A stretch of 43,327 nucleotides of DNA, taken from positions 1-43,327 of IMG/VR virus record IMGVR_UViG_3300035338_000022; one strand, written 5' to 3'. Shown in pieces: positions 26,645-34,624 of this stretch. Position numbers and translations under genes: made by a program. Source of the DNA: a virus (lineage: Duplodnaviria > Caudoviricetes). Under the pieces are notes generated by a model. It did no database searches and had not been told where the DNA came from. It saw only the letters and a list, made by a program, of their open reading frames with translations. The stretch's first letter is position 1, and each line of letters opens with the position of its first letter.

Positions 26645-26681
26645 TGTTATGATATGTTATGTTATGTTATGTTACGTAACA
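26645..26681. repeat. (TGTTA)x6 tandem array ending in a 12-bp palindrome, upstream of terS
   Basis: TGTTA TGATA TGTTA TGTTA TGTTA TGTTACGTAACA. Confidence 0.85.
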
Positions 26682-26685
26682 GGAT

Positions 26686-26710
26686 AAGAAAAGAGGCCCC
26701 GAAGGACCTC
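26686..26710 (-). terminator. Rho-independent terminator
   Basis: GAGGTCC-TTCG-GGGCCTC followed by TTTTCTT. Confidence 0.75.
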
Positions 26711-26721
26711 CACATATAAAC

Positions 26722-26744
26722 AAAAAGGCTTCCCTCTGGAAGCC
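26722..26744 (-). terminator. Rho-independent terminator
   Basis: GGCTTCC-AGAG-GGAAGCC followed by TTTTT. Confidence 0.75.
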
Positions 26745-26774
26745 ATGAGAAGACACTTTCTACAATTCTAACGA

Positions 26775-26803
26775 ATTATATCATTTTTTGCGGACCTACT
26801 CAA
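26775..26803 (-). promoter_or_regulatory. Putative late promoter (sigma70 type)
   Basis: TTGAGT-17nt-TATAAT with a TG extension (TGaTATAAT). Confidence 0.65.
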
Positions 26804-26837
26804 AATTTCTAGCAGCAAGAGCTCGCTAAGACTAACC

Positions 26838-26862
26838 AAAAAAGAGGGCCGCAATACGGCCC
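26838..26862 (-). terminator. Terminator ending the early/middle operon
   Basis: GGGCCG-TATTG-CGGCCC followed by TCTTTTTT. Confidence 0.7.
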
Positions 26863-26948
26863 ACTTCTTTCAAAGAAGAAGGGTGAATGACTCAGGGTGT
26901 GAAGCTAGGTACGGTTGAACATTAATAGTGTAGCACTTTCAGTCAAAT

Positions 26949-27446
26949 CTACTGCTCTGTATCTAGACTTATTGCAACGTAGTTTGATAGATACACTGGA
27001 TCACGTCCCAATTTCTCCCACGCTCTCCTCAAATGTCTTCTGAACGCTGATTCGTCAATGTTAAGGAAGGAAGCGAGCTCTCTATTGCTTGGAGGTCTTC
27101 GGTCTTTCCTGCTATGATCAATCAATCGCCAGAAGATTGCTTCCATCTGACGCTTTGTAAGTCTCCTAAACATGAGCTCCAGCAGCTTGATAGTCTGATA
27201 GTAGATCTCTTTCTCTTCGATTCCAATAATCCTCTTAATTCTCAAAGCATCCTTCATACTCATATTCGAAAGGAAGGTAGGAGACCCACAAGGTGATTCA
27301 ACAACTATCTCGGCATTTTCAAGACCAAGCACAACTGGTCTTTCAAGGATCCTCGACCACATCGTTTGCAACGACCGCAGTATGATCACAAGGTCCTCTT
27401 CTGAATGAGTGCCGGCTACGAATCTCTCGCATCTATGCTGAAGCAT
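26949..27446 (-). CDS. Late transcription regulator (RinA/ArpU/Q position; sigma region-4-like HTH)
   Basis: LTKRQMEAIFWR...SNRELASFLNIDESAFRRHLRRAWEKL; ATG 27446 behind GGAGG; last gene before terS. Confidence 0.75.
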   Translation of the reverse strand: MLQHRCERFVAGTHSEEDLVIILRSLQTMWSRILERPVVLGLENAEIVVESPCGSPTFLSNMSMKDALRIKRIIGIEEKEIYYQTIKLLELMFRRLTKRQMEAIFWRLIDHSRKDRRPPSNRELASFLNIDESAFRRHLRRAWEKLGRDPVYLSNYVAISLDTEQ

Positions 27447-27480
27447 AATTCCCTCCAAAGGAGAATGAGGGCCTGAGCCC

Positions 27481-27726
27481 TCACATCTTTTCCAGGATCT
27501 TCGTCTGGTTAGCACTTTCAAGCTGCTCATACAATTCGATAAACTCTTTCAGTCCCCGAAGATAGAGCCACATTATGGAGACCGGTACTGAAGTCTTCAT
27601 TTTTCCGAGCTTTTCTATCTCCGTGTCTATCTTTTTTTCATGCCTCTTAATCACGGAGTAAGTTGGATAAACTATTCCGATCACCTTTGCCGTTTCCGTC
27701 CTTGCTTTCTCTTCTTTCTTCTTCAT
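27481..27726 (-). CDS. Hypothetical phage protein
   Basis: GGAGG RBS; 81 aa. Confidence 0.6.
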   Translation of the reverse strand: MKKKEEKARTETAKVIGIVYPTYSVIKRHEKKIDTEIEKLGKMKTSVPVSIMWLYLRGLKEFIELYEQLESANQTKILEKM

Positions 27727-27814
27727 CTGAGATCCTCCCTGAGATTATGAGCGGTGCGTAGCCTACCATGAGAAGGATGAACAGCGCGATCAGTACCATC
27801 ACAATCACTATCAC
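27647..27814 (-). CDS. Small single-TM protein (55 aa, absent from the ORF track)
   Basis: GTGA-coupled; MIVIVMVLIALFILLMVGYAPLIISGRISDEEE... Confidence 0.5.
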   Translation of the reverse strand: MIVIVMVLIALFILLMVGYAPLIISGRISDEEERRESKDGNGKGDRNSLSNLLRD

Positions 27815-28056
27815 TCCACCTCCGCGAACGCTCTTACAAGCCTTTCCATCTTCTCGTCAGGAACAAGCTCATGCGGCTCTATTCCCATGTTCTTCGCGAA
27901 TTTCCTGATCATCTTCATTGTCGTGAATGAGGTCTGGCCAGTCAGGATATTGAACAGGACCCTTGCGGAGTTTGAATCTCCGCCGATTGCCGTTATCGTC
28001 TTTCCTGCCCTCTCGACGTGGTACCTGAACACCGAGGGATTAACTCTCACTTTCAT
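27811..28056 (-). CDS. Small Cro/C1-like HTH protein
   Basis: LFNILTGQTSFTTMKMIRKFAKNMGIEPHELV. Confidence 0.55.
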   Translation of the reverse strand: MKVRVNPSVFRYHVERAGKTITAIGGDSNSARVLFNILTGQTSFTTMKMIRKFAKNMGIEPHELVPDEKMERLVRAFAEVE

Positions 28057-28225
28057 CTTCCTTCACTCCCCATACGTAGAAGCCTCTGTTTTCAGGGATC
28101 TTCAGGGCGATCTCCATTGCCTCATGCTGGCTCGTGGCATCTATCACCGGTCTCTTCTCCTCAACCTTTCCCTGTTGGTTTGTCCTCTTGAGAATGACTC
28201 TGTACTTCATCTTCAACCATCTCAC
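28040..28225 (-). CDS. Hypothetical phage protein
   Basis: Overlap-coupled small ORF. Confidence 0.55.
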   Translation of the reverse strand: MRWLKMKYRVILKRTNQQGKVEEKRPVIDATSQHEAMEIALKIPENRGFYVWGVKEDESES

Positions 28226-28461
28226 TCGACGAGTCCGTCTTCATGCAGAGCCTTCTTCGAGAACTTCTGCACGAGATCGTTGAACTCGCCAACAAATTCG
28301 TCTATGCGGCCTGGATGAATCTGGAGAGAAGTAGCGCTGTTTGTGGTCTGTTTGCTCGAACCCTTCCCGTGAGAGATCGCAGCCTTCAATGTAACCTTGT
28401 ACGGCATCTCATTCTCATATTCGTCTCTAACTGTTATTCCGATCAGAGTAAGTTGTTTCAC
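28222..28461 (-). CDS. Hypothetical phage protein
   Basis: GAGGTG RBS; coupled to the next ORF. Confidence 0.6.
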   Translation of the reverse strand: MKQLTLIGITVRDEYENEMPYKVTLKAAISHGKGSSKQTTNSATSLQIHPGRIDEFVGEFNDLVQKFSKKALHEDGLVE

Positions 28462-28582
28462 TTCTAATCACCTCGTTTAGTTCTTTCGGTATTCGAGCTC
28501 CGCAGTTGCTGCAAGTCCAGTCTTCCTGTTCGACGCTGCTAAACTGTCCTTTACCGCAGTTAGGGCATATTCTTCTTACCAT
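28427..28582 (-). CDS. Zinc-ribbon miniprotein (51 aa, absent from the ORF track)
   Basis: MVRRICPNCGKGQFSSVEQEDWTCSNCGARIP; GAGG RBS. Confidence 0.65.
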   Translation of the reverse strand: MVRRICPNCGKGQFSSVEQEDWTCSNCGARIPKELNEVIRSETTYSDRNNS

Positions 28583-28763
28583 TCGTCCTCATCCACCTCT
28601 TTACCCGCCACTCGCTGCCAGGGAATGTCAGAGCGGCGTTTTCCTTTGCCTTGAAGGCTGCTTGCCAGAGTTTTCTGCCCTCGACAATGACCTCAAGGTC
28701 TTCTGAGGGCTCGTCAAGTCTTTCGAGCAAGAAGGAGTAAACTGCTCTCTGAGTCAAGCTCAT
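28560..28763 (-). CDS. Hypothetical phage protein
   Basis: TGATG-coupled; GAGGT RBS. Confidence 0.55.
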   Translation of the reverse strand: MSLTQRAVYSFLLERLDEPSEDLEVIVEGRKLWQAAFKAKENAALTFPGSEWRVKRWMRTNGKKNMP

Positions 28764-29035
28764 CAGTAATCGACCTCGATAATGTCCAGGCGGCCGTTAT
28801 ATGAGTCCGGCTTTTCCTCCTTCAGGATCATCATTCCGTTGCCCTCAAGGGTCTGGCGGAGTTCGATATTTTCCTTCTGGATCTTTTCGATCTCCTCAAT
28901 GCATTCAAAGAGGACGCCTTCCATAATGTATCCAAGATTCTCCGTCTCGCCTGGAGTGATTGGTTTATCTCCTTCCCGGATCTGCTTATGCCTGAGAGCT
29001 ACCGACCTTATGAATTCGAGTCTCGCTTTGGTCAT
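28763..29035 (-). CDS. Hypothetical phage protein
   Basis: GGAGGT RBS; 90 aa. Confidence 0.65.
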   Translation of the reverse strand: MTKARLEFIRSVALRHKQIREGDKPITPGETENLGYIMEGVLFECIEEIEKIQKENIELRQTLEGNGMMILKEEKPDSYNGRLDIIEVDY

Positions 29036-29112
29036 TCTTTACCTCCCTTATAAGCCTCTTCGCATATACCTCTCTCCAGAGGCCGTCTATTCTCTTCAGA
29101 ACCACTGCGCGT

Positions 29113-29280
29113 TCATACCGAGTCATCTTGTTGCGCCTTCTCCCGTTCTTCTTCTGGCCCGAAGAGTTCGTCGGCCCTTCTCGCGTCTGTTTCCTGCTTT
29201 TTCTGGAGTTTCTTATCTTGCCTCTCTTGAGAAGTTATCTTTTCTTTCTGTCTCCTAAGGTATCTATCGATGCTCTTCAT
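29113..29280 (-). CDS. Small charged hypothetical protein (55 aa, absent from the ORF track)
   Basis: ATG directly after the upstream stop; MKSIDRYLRRQKEK... Confidence 0.45.
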   Translation of the reverse strand: MKSIDRYLRRQKEKITSQERQDKKLQKKQETDARRADELFGPEEEREKAQQDDSV

Positions 29281-29478
29281 TCACTTGAGCCCCCTTCCTC
29301 TAATCCACATGATCAGGCACCGAATGATCACATACGGCCAGAGAAGCGAACCGACTATGTAAGAAAGCAGTTTCTCTTCAGGAGGGATAAATATCCTCTC
29401 CTGCTCCTCGGTGACCATAATCAGGAAGCCGGTCATGAGGACTCCCACGACGTAGATCCAGACTAGAACCATGTTCAT
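29281..29478 (-). CDS. Small membrane protein
   Basis: Two hydrophobic segments and a SLLWPY motif. Confidence 0.6.
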   Translation of the reverse strand: MNMVLVWIYVVGVLMTGFLIMVTEEQERIFIPPEEKLLSYIVGSLLWPYVIIRCLIMWIRGRGLK

Positions 29479-30305
29479 TCCCCCTCCTCATTCAGCCAGT
29501 CGACGTACTCGTCTCTCCTCTGCTTTCTGAAGCTCTCGGCGTCTTGTATGTAGGCTATGAAGACTCTCTCGGCAAGACGGTCCCAGATCCTCTCGCCCAT
29601 GAGATCTTTGAACTCCTTCGGGTTCAGGTTCGATGTCATGACCGTGCCGAACTCGGCTTCGTACCTGTAGTTTATAAGCTCGAACATCTTCTGCATGACT
29701 ATCTTGTTCTCCTGTTCTACAGCGACATCGTCTATGGCCACCAGCTCGATAGTCTTCAGCTCTTCGAACTTCTTGCTGATCTCCTGGATGCTCCCCGTGA
29801 GACTCGTTGAAGTAACGAAAGCGGCCGTGCTTCCCTCGGATATTGCATCGCTCACAATCGCGGCCGCCAGATGAGTCTTTCCGGTACCGTAGCCGCCAAG
29901 GAAGACCAGATTTGCTCCTATCTTCCAGGCCTTCTTTCCTGTGTATTTTCTCGCGGCTAAGAGAGCGGCCTTGAGATCCGGAGTCCTGGGAAGAAATGTC
30001 GCGAACGTGCGGTCCCAGAAGTTCTTCGGAAGGGCGTTCATGATCTTCTGCTGGATCTTCACCTGACTAAGGTACCTTTCCATGACAGGACAGAAGACCC
30101 TGGTCATAATACCGTTCTCAACGTATTCGATCAGTCCGCCGGTCCCACACTTCTGAGGACCAGGGCATTTCGAGCGGCACTCTTCAAGAGCCTGTTTCTG
30201 ACTTAATGAGCAGCTCTTCAAGATCTCGCTCATCGGTATGAGTTCCTGCTGGGTTCTTGAAGCGTTCCTTCCAGCTGTCCCTTGAGTCTTTCTCACTTCT
30301 TCCAT
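29475..30305 (-). CDS. DnaC/IstB-like ATPase (helicase loader)
   Basis: GGYGTGKTHLA, VAIDD, TSNL and RIWDRL; Cys cluster near the N-terminus. Confidence 0.9.
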   Translation of the reverse strand: MEEVRKTQGTAGRNASRTQQELIPMSEILKSCSLSQKQALEECRSKCPGPQKCGTGGLIEYVENGIMTRVFCPVMERYLSQVKIQQKIMNALPKNFWDRTFATFLPRTPDLKAALLAARKYTGKKAWKIGANLVFLGGYGTGKTHLAAAIVSDAISEGSTAAFVTSTSLTGSIQEISKKFEELKTIELVAIDDVAVEQENKIVMQKMFELINYRYEAEFGTVMTSNLNPKEFKDLMGERIWDRLAERVFIAYIQDAESFRKQRRDEYVDWLNEEGE

Positions 30306-31014
30306 CCGGCCCTCCTTTCATACGGTACATAGCCTTCGCGCTTTCCTCATCCAGGAACTTCTCGACATGAGATTCCATGAAGGTCGAAAGCTGCCAACGA
30401 GTGCTGAGAATGTATTCTCTTCCTCCGACTATCTCGGCGTAGTTCCTTATAGCCCTCAGCAGGTTTTCTTCACCGTGTCGTCTCAAGGCATCTAGAATCG
30501 AGTTTTCAGTTTTCTCTCGGTTGTCAGGAATTTTGGAGATCTGGAATTGGTTCCATAGGAGAATAACTTTTTCTATCGCGGGCGCGGGTATATATATAAT
30601 ATCTTTGTCTTTATCTAGTCTAGTCTTATTAATGTTCCCCAGATTATTCCCCGGATTACTTCCCAGATTACTTTCCAGATTACTTTCCAAATTACTTTCT
30701 TTTTTCACATTACTTTCCAAATTAGTTTCCTTTTTCATATGATAAGGAAAGTAATAGACTCCTGCCTCCCGAGTGGTACCTTTTTTGTATCCGATGACTT
30801 CCTTGTCAATTAATCTCTGTCGCGCCTTAATGAGGTTCTTTTGAGTAGTACCTATCAAAGCACACAACCGCCCATTGGAAACAGAGAATTTTTCCTTCCA
30901 TCCGAGTCTGTTGTTTATCTCCAAAAGTTTGAAGTATAAATGGACTTCAAGATGGGAGAAACTAAATTCAGAATCTATTGTCCAGAAGCGATTAACGAGA
31001 TCTATGTATGACAT
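30184..31014 (-). CDS. Phage replication initiator
   Basis: N-terminal wHTH-like segment, ESNL repeats over iterons, upstream of the DnaC-like gene; ATG 31014 behind GAGGTG. Confidence 0.85.
   Translation of the reverse strand: MSYIDLVNRFWTIDSEFSFSHLEVHLYFKLLEINNRLGWKEKFSVSNGRLCALIGTTQKNLIKARQRLIDKEVIGYKKGTTREAGVYYFPYHMKKETNLESNVKKESNLESNLESNLGSNPGNNLGNINKTRLDKDKDIIYIPAPAIEKVILLWNQFQISKIPDNREKTENSILDALRRHGEENLLRAIRNYAEIVGGREYILSTRWQLSTFMESHVEKFLDEESAKAMYRMKGGPDGRSEKDSRDSWKERFKNPAGTHTDERDLEELLIKSETGS
30643..30738. repeat. Iterons, probable phage replication origin
   Basis: Seven ATTACTTTCCAR-like units at 30643, 30655, 30667, 30679, 30691, 30709 and 30721, next to an AT-rich tract at about 30589-30633. 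Confidence 0.85.
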
Positions 31015-31063
31015 GTGATTCACCTCAATGGAAGGCCCACCCAAAAAAGGGTGGGCTGTGAGA

Positions 31064-31978
31064 TCAAACCTCTAAGGGTTTCTTTCCGGTCAGGGCTTTG
31101 CCGTCGCCATTGCCTGTCTTAACGACTTCAGCGTCTACTACTTCGGTCACTTCTTCGCCCTCGACGTCCCAGATGTTCTCGGCCTCTACCAGGGACATGT
31201 CAGGTTCTTCCTGCTCACTTGGTTTCCACTCTCTAGCGGTTTCATCCAGTGCTAGAGCCGTCCTGATAATAGGAGATTTAGGGATCCACCTGAAGCCTGC
31301 CTTGACGACTGTCTTCTCTCCCATCCGGTCTTCGTTTGTGAACCAGGGGCTGTCTTTCCTGCTGCCACTTAGGCCGGCTTTGTAGGCTACAGAATATCGG
31401 TCTCTAATCTTCCTTACCTGGTCCTTGGTCATGTAGACTATGATGTTTCCGCCGCCCTTGAGTTTGCCGACCATGTAGTAGCCCTTCGACTCGCCGGGAT
31501 CTCCATCTAGGTATGGGATATGGACAAGCTCTTCGTTGAGTCCGTACTTCAGACTGAAGGTGTCTTTCTCATAGACGGTTCGCGCTACAATGGATTCCAT
31601 CCTGTCTGACCTGTAACCGAGCTCTACTAAGCCCTCGTACATGATGTCAAAGCAAACTTTCCCTTTCCTTGGGACCAGGGCGCACTGATCTAGTCCATTT
31701 GTGGGATCGAGGCCAAGCTGGGCCGCCATCATGACTGCTCCCAACAGAGAAGCGGGATTCTGCATGGCCGCTTCGGCGAGGCTCTTGTTCTGTCTGAGAA
31801 GAGTGACTACTATTCTTATCATTCTTTCGGGAGTTATTCCCGCATCCGGAAGGGCGTTGGCAATTTCCCCTTTGATTGAAGTGAGGTTCTTGACTATTCC
31901 CGCTAGGGGATCGGGCTTGTGGTTCCTTCTTTCATCTTCCTTCTTTACCATAGAAGTGATTTCACTTGCTTTAGGCAT
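31064..31978 (-). CDS. recT: RecT-family single-strand annealing protein
   Basis: SLLGAVMMAAQLGLDP, ARTVYEKDTF and SPWFTNEDRMGEKTVV; ATG 31978 behind GGAGGT. Confidence 0.92.
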   Translation of the reverse strand: MPKASEITSMVKKEDERRNHKPDPLAGIVKNLTSIKGEIANALPDAGITPERMIRIVVTLLRQNKSLAEAAMQNPASLLGAVMMAAQLGLDPTNGLDQCALVPRKGKVCFDIMYEGLVELGYRSDRMESIVARTVYEKDTFSLKYGLNEELVHIPYLDGDPGESKGYYMVGKLKGGGNIIVYMTKDQVRKIRDRYSVAYKAGLSGSRKDSPWFTNEDRMGEKTVVKAGFRWIPKSPIIRTALALDETAREWKPSEQEEPDMSLVEAENIWDVEGEEVTEVVDAEVVKTGNGDGKALTGKKPLEV

Positions 31979-31991
31979 CAGCAGACCTCCT

Positions 31992-32942
31992 TCACGCAGC
32001 TCTCTTGAACCTGAACCTTCTGGAATGCGTATCTTCCAGATAAGCTTCATAGTCGTTTGGCCTTTCTTCTTTGAATCTCGACTGAGCAAACCTCTTTGAG
32101 TAGTAGCTCTTCCAGAAGACCCAGAACCTTCCTGTGAAACCCGCCTCTGCGTCTCCAAGGTGTTCCTTAAGTCTGTTCTCACGCAGCGTGATCTCTTTCT
32201 CCAGCTCTTCCTTCTGGGCCTTGAGAGTCTCTAGCTCTTCAACGATCAGGTCGTCTTCCGGGGGAAGGTCTATTGACTTTCGCATTGACTCAGGGAAGAG
32301 GACTTTCAGGACTTCTGTGCAGTCCTCGGTAGCGTCTGCAGACGGCGGGATTCCCTTGAGCACGTTCTCCTTCCAGAAGGTCTCTTCCCTACGGATGATT
32401 TCGTCCGCTAGCTCCTCATCCAATTCGAATCTCTTGTACTCGAACCTCTTCCCGCCAATCAGGCCGGCGATGTAGCCCCAGGTCCTTCCAGTCACAATGA
32501 GATAGTGCTGGAGCTGGACGTATGCCTCAGTCGGGATCTCTTCTCCCTCCCAATCCTTCTGCATGTACTGAGAGACGTTTTTGAGTTCGAGAATTCCCCA
32601 GGAGTCGGTTTCCGGGTCATATACTTCACGGTCTACATTGGCAATCATCCATGGGTATTCACTGCTTTGAAGAATCGCGTTGCATCTGACTACATGAAGA
32701 CCGGTCTTTTCCTTGAATAGGTCCGCGATGAAGTCTTCGATTCTCTTTCCTATCTCCATCGCTTCATTGACTTCCTCTTCAGGAGCTTCCCCGATCTTTT
32801 CGAGATAGACTCTTATCGCGCTCTTCCATCTGCTTATTCCAAGGACAGCGGCAACGTCAGAACCTCCAATCCCTTTCATCCTTTCACGCTTCCACTCTTC
32901 AATGCTGATACGCTTCGTGCTCGCCAAGCGAACTGCTTCCAT
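31992..32942 (-). CDS. YqaJ-family viral exonuclease
   Basis: GIGGSDVAAVLG, MIANVDR, LELK and QLQHYL. Confidence 0.93.
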   Translation of the reverse strand: MEAVRLASTKRISIEEWKRERMKGIGGSDVAAVLGISRWKSAIRVYLEKIGEAPEEEVNEAMEIGKRIEDFIADLFKEKTGLHVVRCNAILQSSEYPWMIANVDREVYDPETDSWGILELKNVSQYMQKDWEGEEIPTEAYVQLQHYLIVTGRTWGYIAGLIGGKRFEYKRFELDEELADEIIRREETFWKENVLKGIPPSADATEDCTEVLKVLFPESMRKSIDLPPEDDLIVEELETLKAQKEELEKEITLRENRLKEHLGDAEAGFTGRFWVFWKSYYSKRFAQSRFKEERPNDYEAYLEDTHSRRFRFKRAA

Positions 32943-32996
32943 TTCAGATACCTCCTTGTGCTATAATTTCTGTAGATTTCTTTCTCAGTTCCTGAG

Positions 32997-33021
32997 GGCC
33001 GCCTGCGAGAGCGGCCTTTCT
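32997..33021 (+). terminator. Hairpin, possibly a plus-strand terminator
   Basis: GGCCGC-CTGCGAGA-GCGGCC followed by TTTCT. Confidence 0.45.
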
Positions 33022-33218
33022 CATGCGGTAACAAGCTTGATCACTTTCTCCTTGCCCGGGCCGCTCCAGCGATAGAGGACCCCGTTCATGTACCATTCGG
33101 CTTTCATCTTTCCTTCGATGACCTTGCGGTAGATATCTTCGGCGACCTGCGCGTTGCTGCCTCTGTAGAGATAGAGTCCGTGTGATACGACCTCGTGCGG
33201 TTCGATCTTTCTTCCCAC
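33021..33218 (-). CDS. Hypothetical phage protein
   Basis: GGAGGT RBS with GTG start. Confidence 0.6.
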   Translation of the reverse strand: MGRKIEPHEVVSHGLYLYRGSNAQVAEDIYRKVIEGKMKAEWYMNGVLYRWSGPGKEKVIKLVTA

Positions 33219-33222
33219 TCTC

Positions 33223-33717
33223 CTAACCTCCCTTCTTCGTTTGAAATTGATTCCCCAGGGTCCATCCTGAGTCGTCTCTGAAGACCTTTACTCCTCGATC
33301 GACTTCAAGGCCCAGCGGGATCTGCCTGTCGATCTTCTTGTAGTACCTCTCCGACCTCAGCGGGTCCAGAGCGAGGAGCTTCGAGTTCATCTGCCAGTTC
33401 TCGAACTTGATCCGCCTGAAGGCTTTGTGAATCCTTTCGATCTTCGAATCCTGGTATTCGTCTATCGTCTTCATCCAGTCCAGGACCCTGCAGAGCACAT
33501 CGGCCATGTAATAGTCCTTGCGTTGGCTAGCCCTCATTCGTTCTCTCTGTATGTACTCCATGAGTTCTTTCTCGCTGTGTTCGCCTTTGAGTCCGTTGAA
33601 TTCGTTGATCGTGAGAATGCCGTCATATGAAGTCGCCTGTGAGTTCCAGTTCTCGTTGACCTGGTCAGTTATCGGGAATTCCTTTAGAGGCACCGACAAC
33701 TTCTTTGGCACCTGCAT
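33223..33717 (-). CDS. Hypothetical phage protein
   Basis: 164 aa with GGAGG RBS. Confidence 0.7.
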   Translation of the reverse strand: MQVPKKLSVPLKEFPITDQVNENWNSQATSYDGILTINEFNGLKGEHSEKELMEYIQRERMRASQRKDYYMADVLCRVLDWMKTIDEYQDSKIERIHKAFRRIKFENWQMNSKLLALDPLRSERYYKKIDRQIPLGLEVDRGVKVFRDDSGWTLGNQFQTKKGG

Positions 33718-33835
33718 CCCTCCCCTCTTCTTCTGTCTTCTCTTTCGTTGCAGAGACCCATAGACCCTTTTCTTTCATTTCCTTGACTATCGGATACAAT
33801 GCTTTTCCTAACCTTCTAGCTCTCGCTTCGTTCAT
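33665..33835 (-). CDS. Hypothetical phage protein
   Basis: AAGGAGG-5nt-ATG at 33835. Confidence 0.6.
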   Translation of the reverse strand: MNEARARRLGKALYPIVKEMKEKGLWVSATKEKTEEEGRDAGAKEVVGASKGIPDN

Positions 33836-33888
33836 AGTTGCCTCCTTCATTTACCTTTCGTGTAGTTTGGGTTTTCGATACGCTTTGC

Positions 33889-33919
33889 AAAAAAAGCCCC
33901 GGCGTATAGGCGCCAGGGC
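33889..33919 (-). terminator. Rho-independent terminator in the early leftward region
   Basis: GCCCTGGCG-CCTATA-CGCCGGGGC followed by T7. Confidence 0.8.
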
Positions 33920-34112
33920 AACGCCATGTGAGTGGTGCAGTTGCAAAGAACTCTTTAACTCGTTCGCATACTCAGAAAGGCCGATGGGTCGTCACTCCAC
34001 CGGCGAAGTTTTTTGTTTCATCTGGTCTGTTCTGTCAAGGAGGTTCTAGATGAAAGAGGGTTTCGAGTCTGCCTGAGTATGGGAACAAATCTGCAATAGT
34101 TTGTTGCTATTG
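33889..34112 (-). ncRNA. Candidate structured RNA
   Basis: 18-bp closing stem (34090-34073/33975-33958) enclosing two hairpins, followed by a terminator. Confidence 0.45.
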
Positions 34113-34198
34113 GTGAAACATATCGTTCATGGTATATAATCTAAGCGTTCTGTAGTACGAAGAGGTTTTATTTGTCGCTTTTCTTGTGGAGGTACGCT

Positions 34199-34624
34199 AT
34201 GGAAGAAGAGAAGAAACCCTCTACGATTACTCAGATCATTATCGTGATTATCACTGTAGTCGTCATTCTGCTGCTTGTGTGGCAATTGTTTGGAATATCA
34301 ATAGGAGACATATTTGGTGCCGTTGGGGTTGCAATGCCAGAGATTGTTGCTGTAAGATATACATCGATTTCTGTTGCGCTTGACTATGGAATTGAAGTAA
34401 GCTTTGATATTAAGAACAAAAACAATCGTGCTATGAGACTACTCGTTGGTATCTTTTTGGACTATGACAAAGAATGGTATAAAGAGCGAGAATTCATTAT
34501 TCCTCCTGAAAGTATATACACTGCACAAGTTATTTTTTTCGAACCAGAGTTTCTGGGCAGCCTAGTTCAGTCAAGAATCGGCATCAGAACCAAGGTAATT
34601 AAGTACTCACTTATTGATGACTAA
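34199..34624 (+). CDS. Membrane-anchored moron-like protein
   Basis: GGAGGT RBS, N-terminal TM, beta-rich domain; AT-rich; opposite strand to its neighbours; TATAAT at 34135. Confidence 0.75.
   Translation: MEEEKKPSTITQIIIVIITVVVILLLVWQLFGISIGDIFGAVGVAMPEIVAVRYTSISVALDYGIEVSFDIKNKNNRAMRLLVGIFLDYDKEWYKEREFIIPPESIYTAQVIFFEPEFLGSLVQSRIGIRTKVIKYSLIDD

Noticed and set aside
30643-30738. Repeat cluster as a CRISPR array
   Set aside because: The 12-bp tandem units have no unique spacers and lie inside a coding region; they are iterons.
31036-31057. GC hairpin between recT and the initiator as a terminator
   Set aside because: The stem is real, but the T-run is in the loop and no U-tract follows; function unclear.
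23794-32182. Long N-terminal extensions in the track for portal (25059), late regulator (27530), initiator (31044) and RecT (32182)
   Set aside because: Most overlap upstream genes, and each gene has a downstream ATG with a clear RBS.
333-33763. Numerous plus-strand ORFs from the track (e.g. 2556..3146, 3797..4477, 15006..15830)
   Set aside because: They are antisense shadows of well-supported minus-strand genes, without motifs or convincing RBSs.
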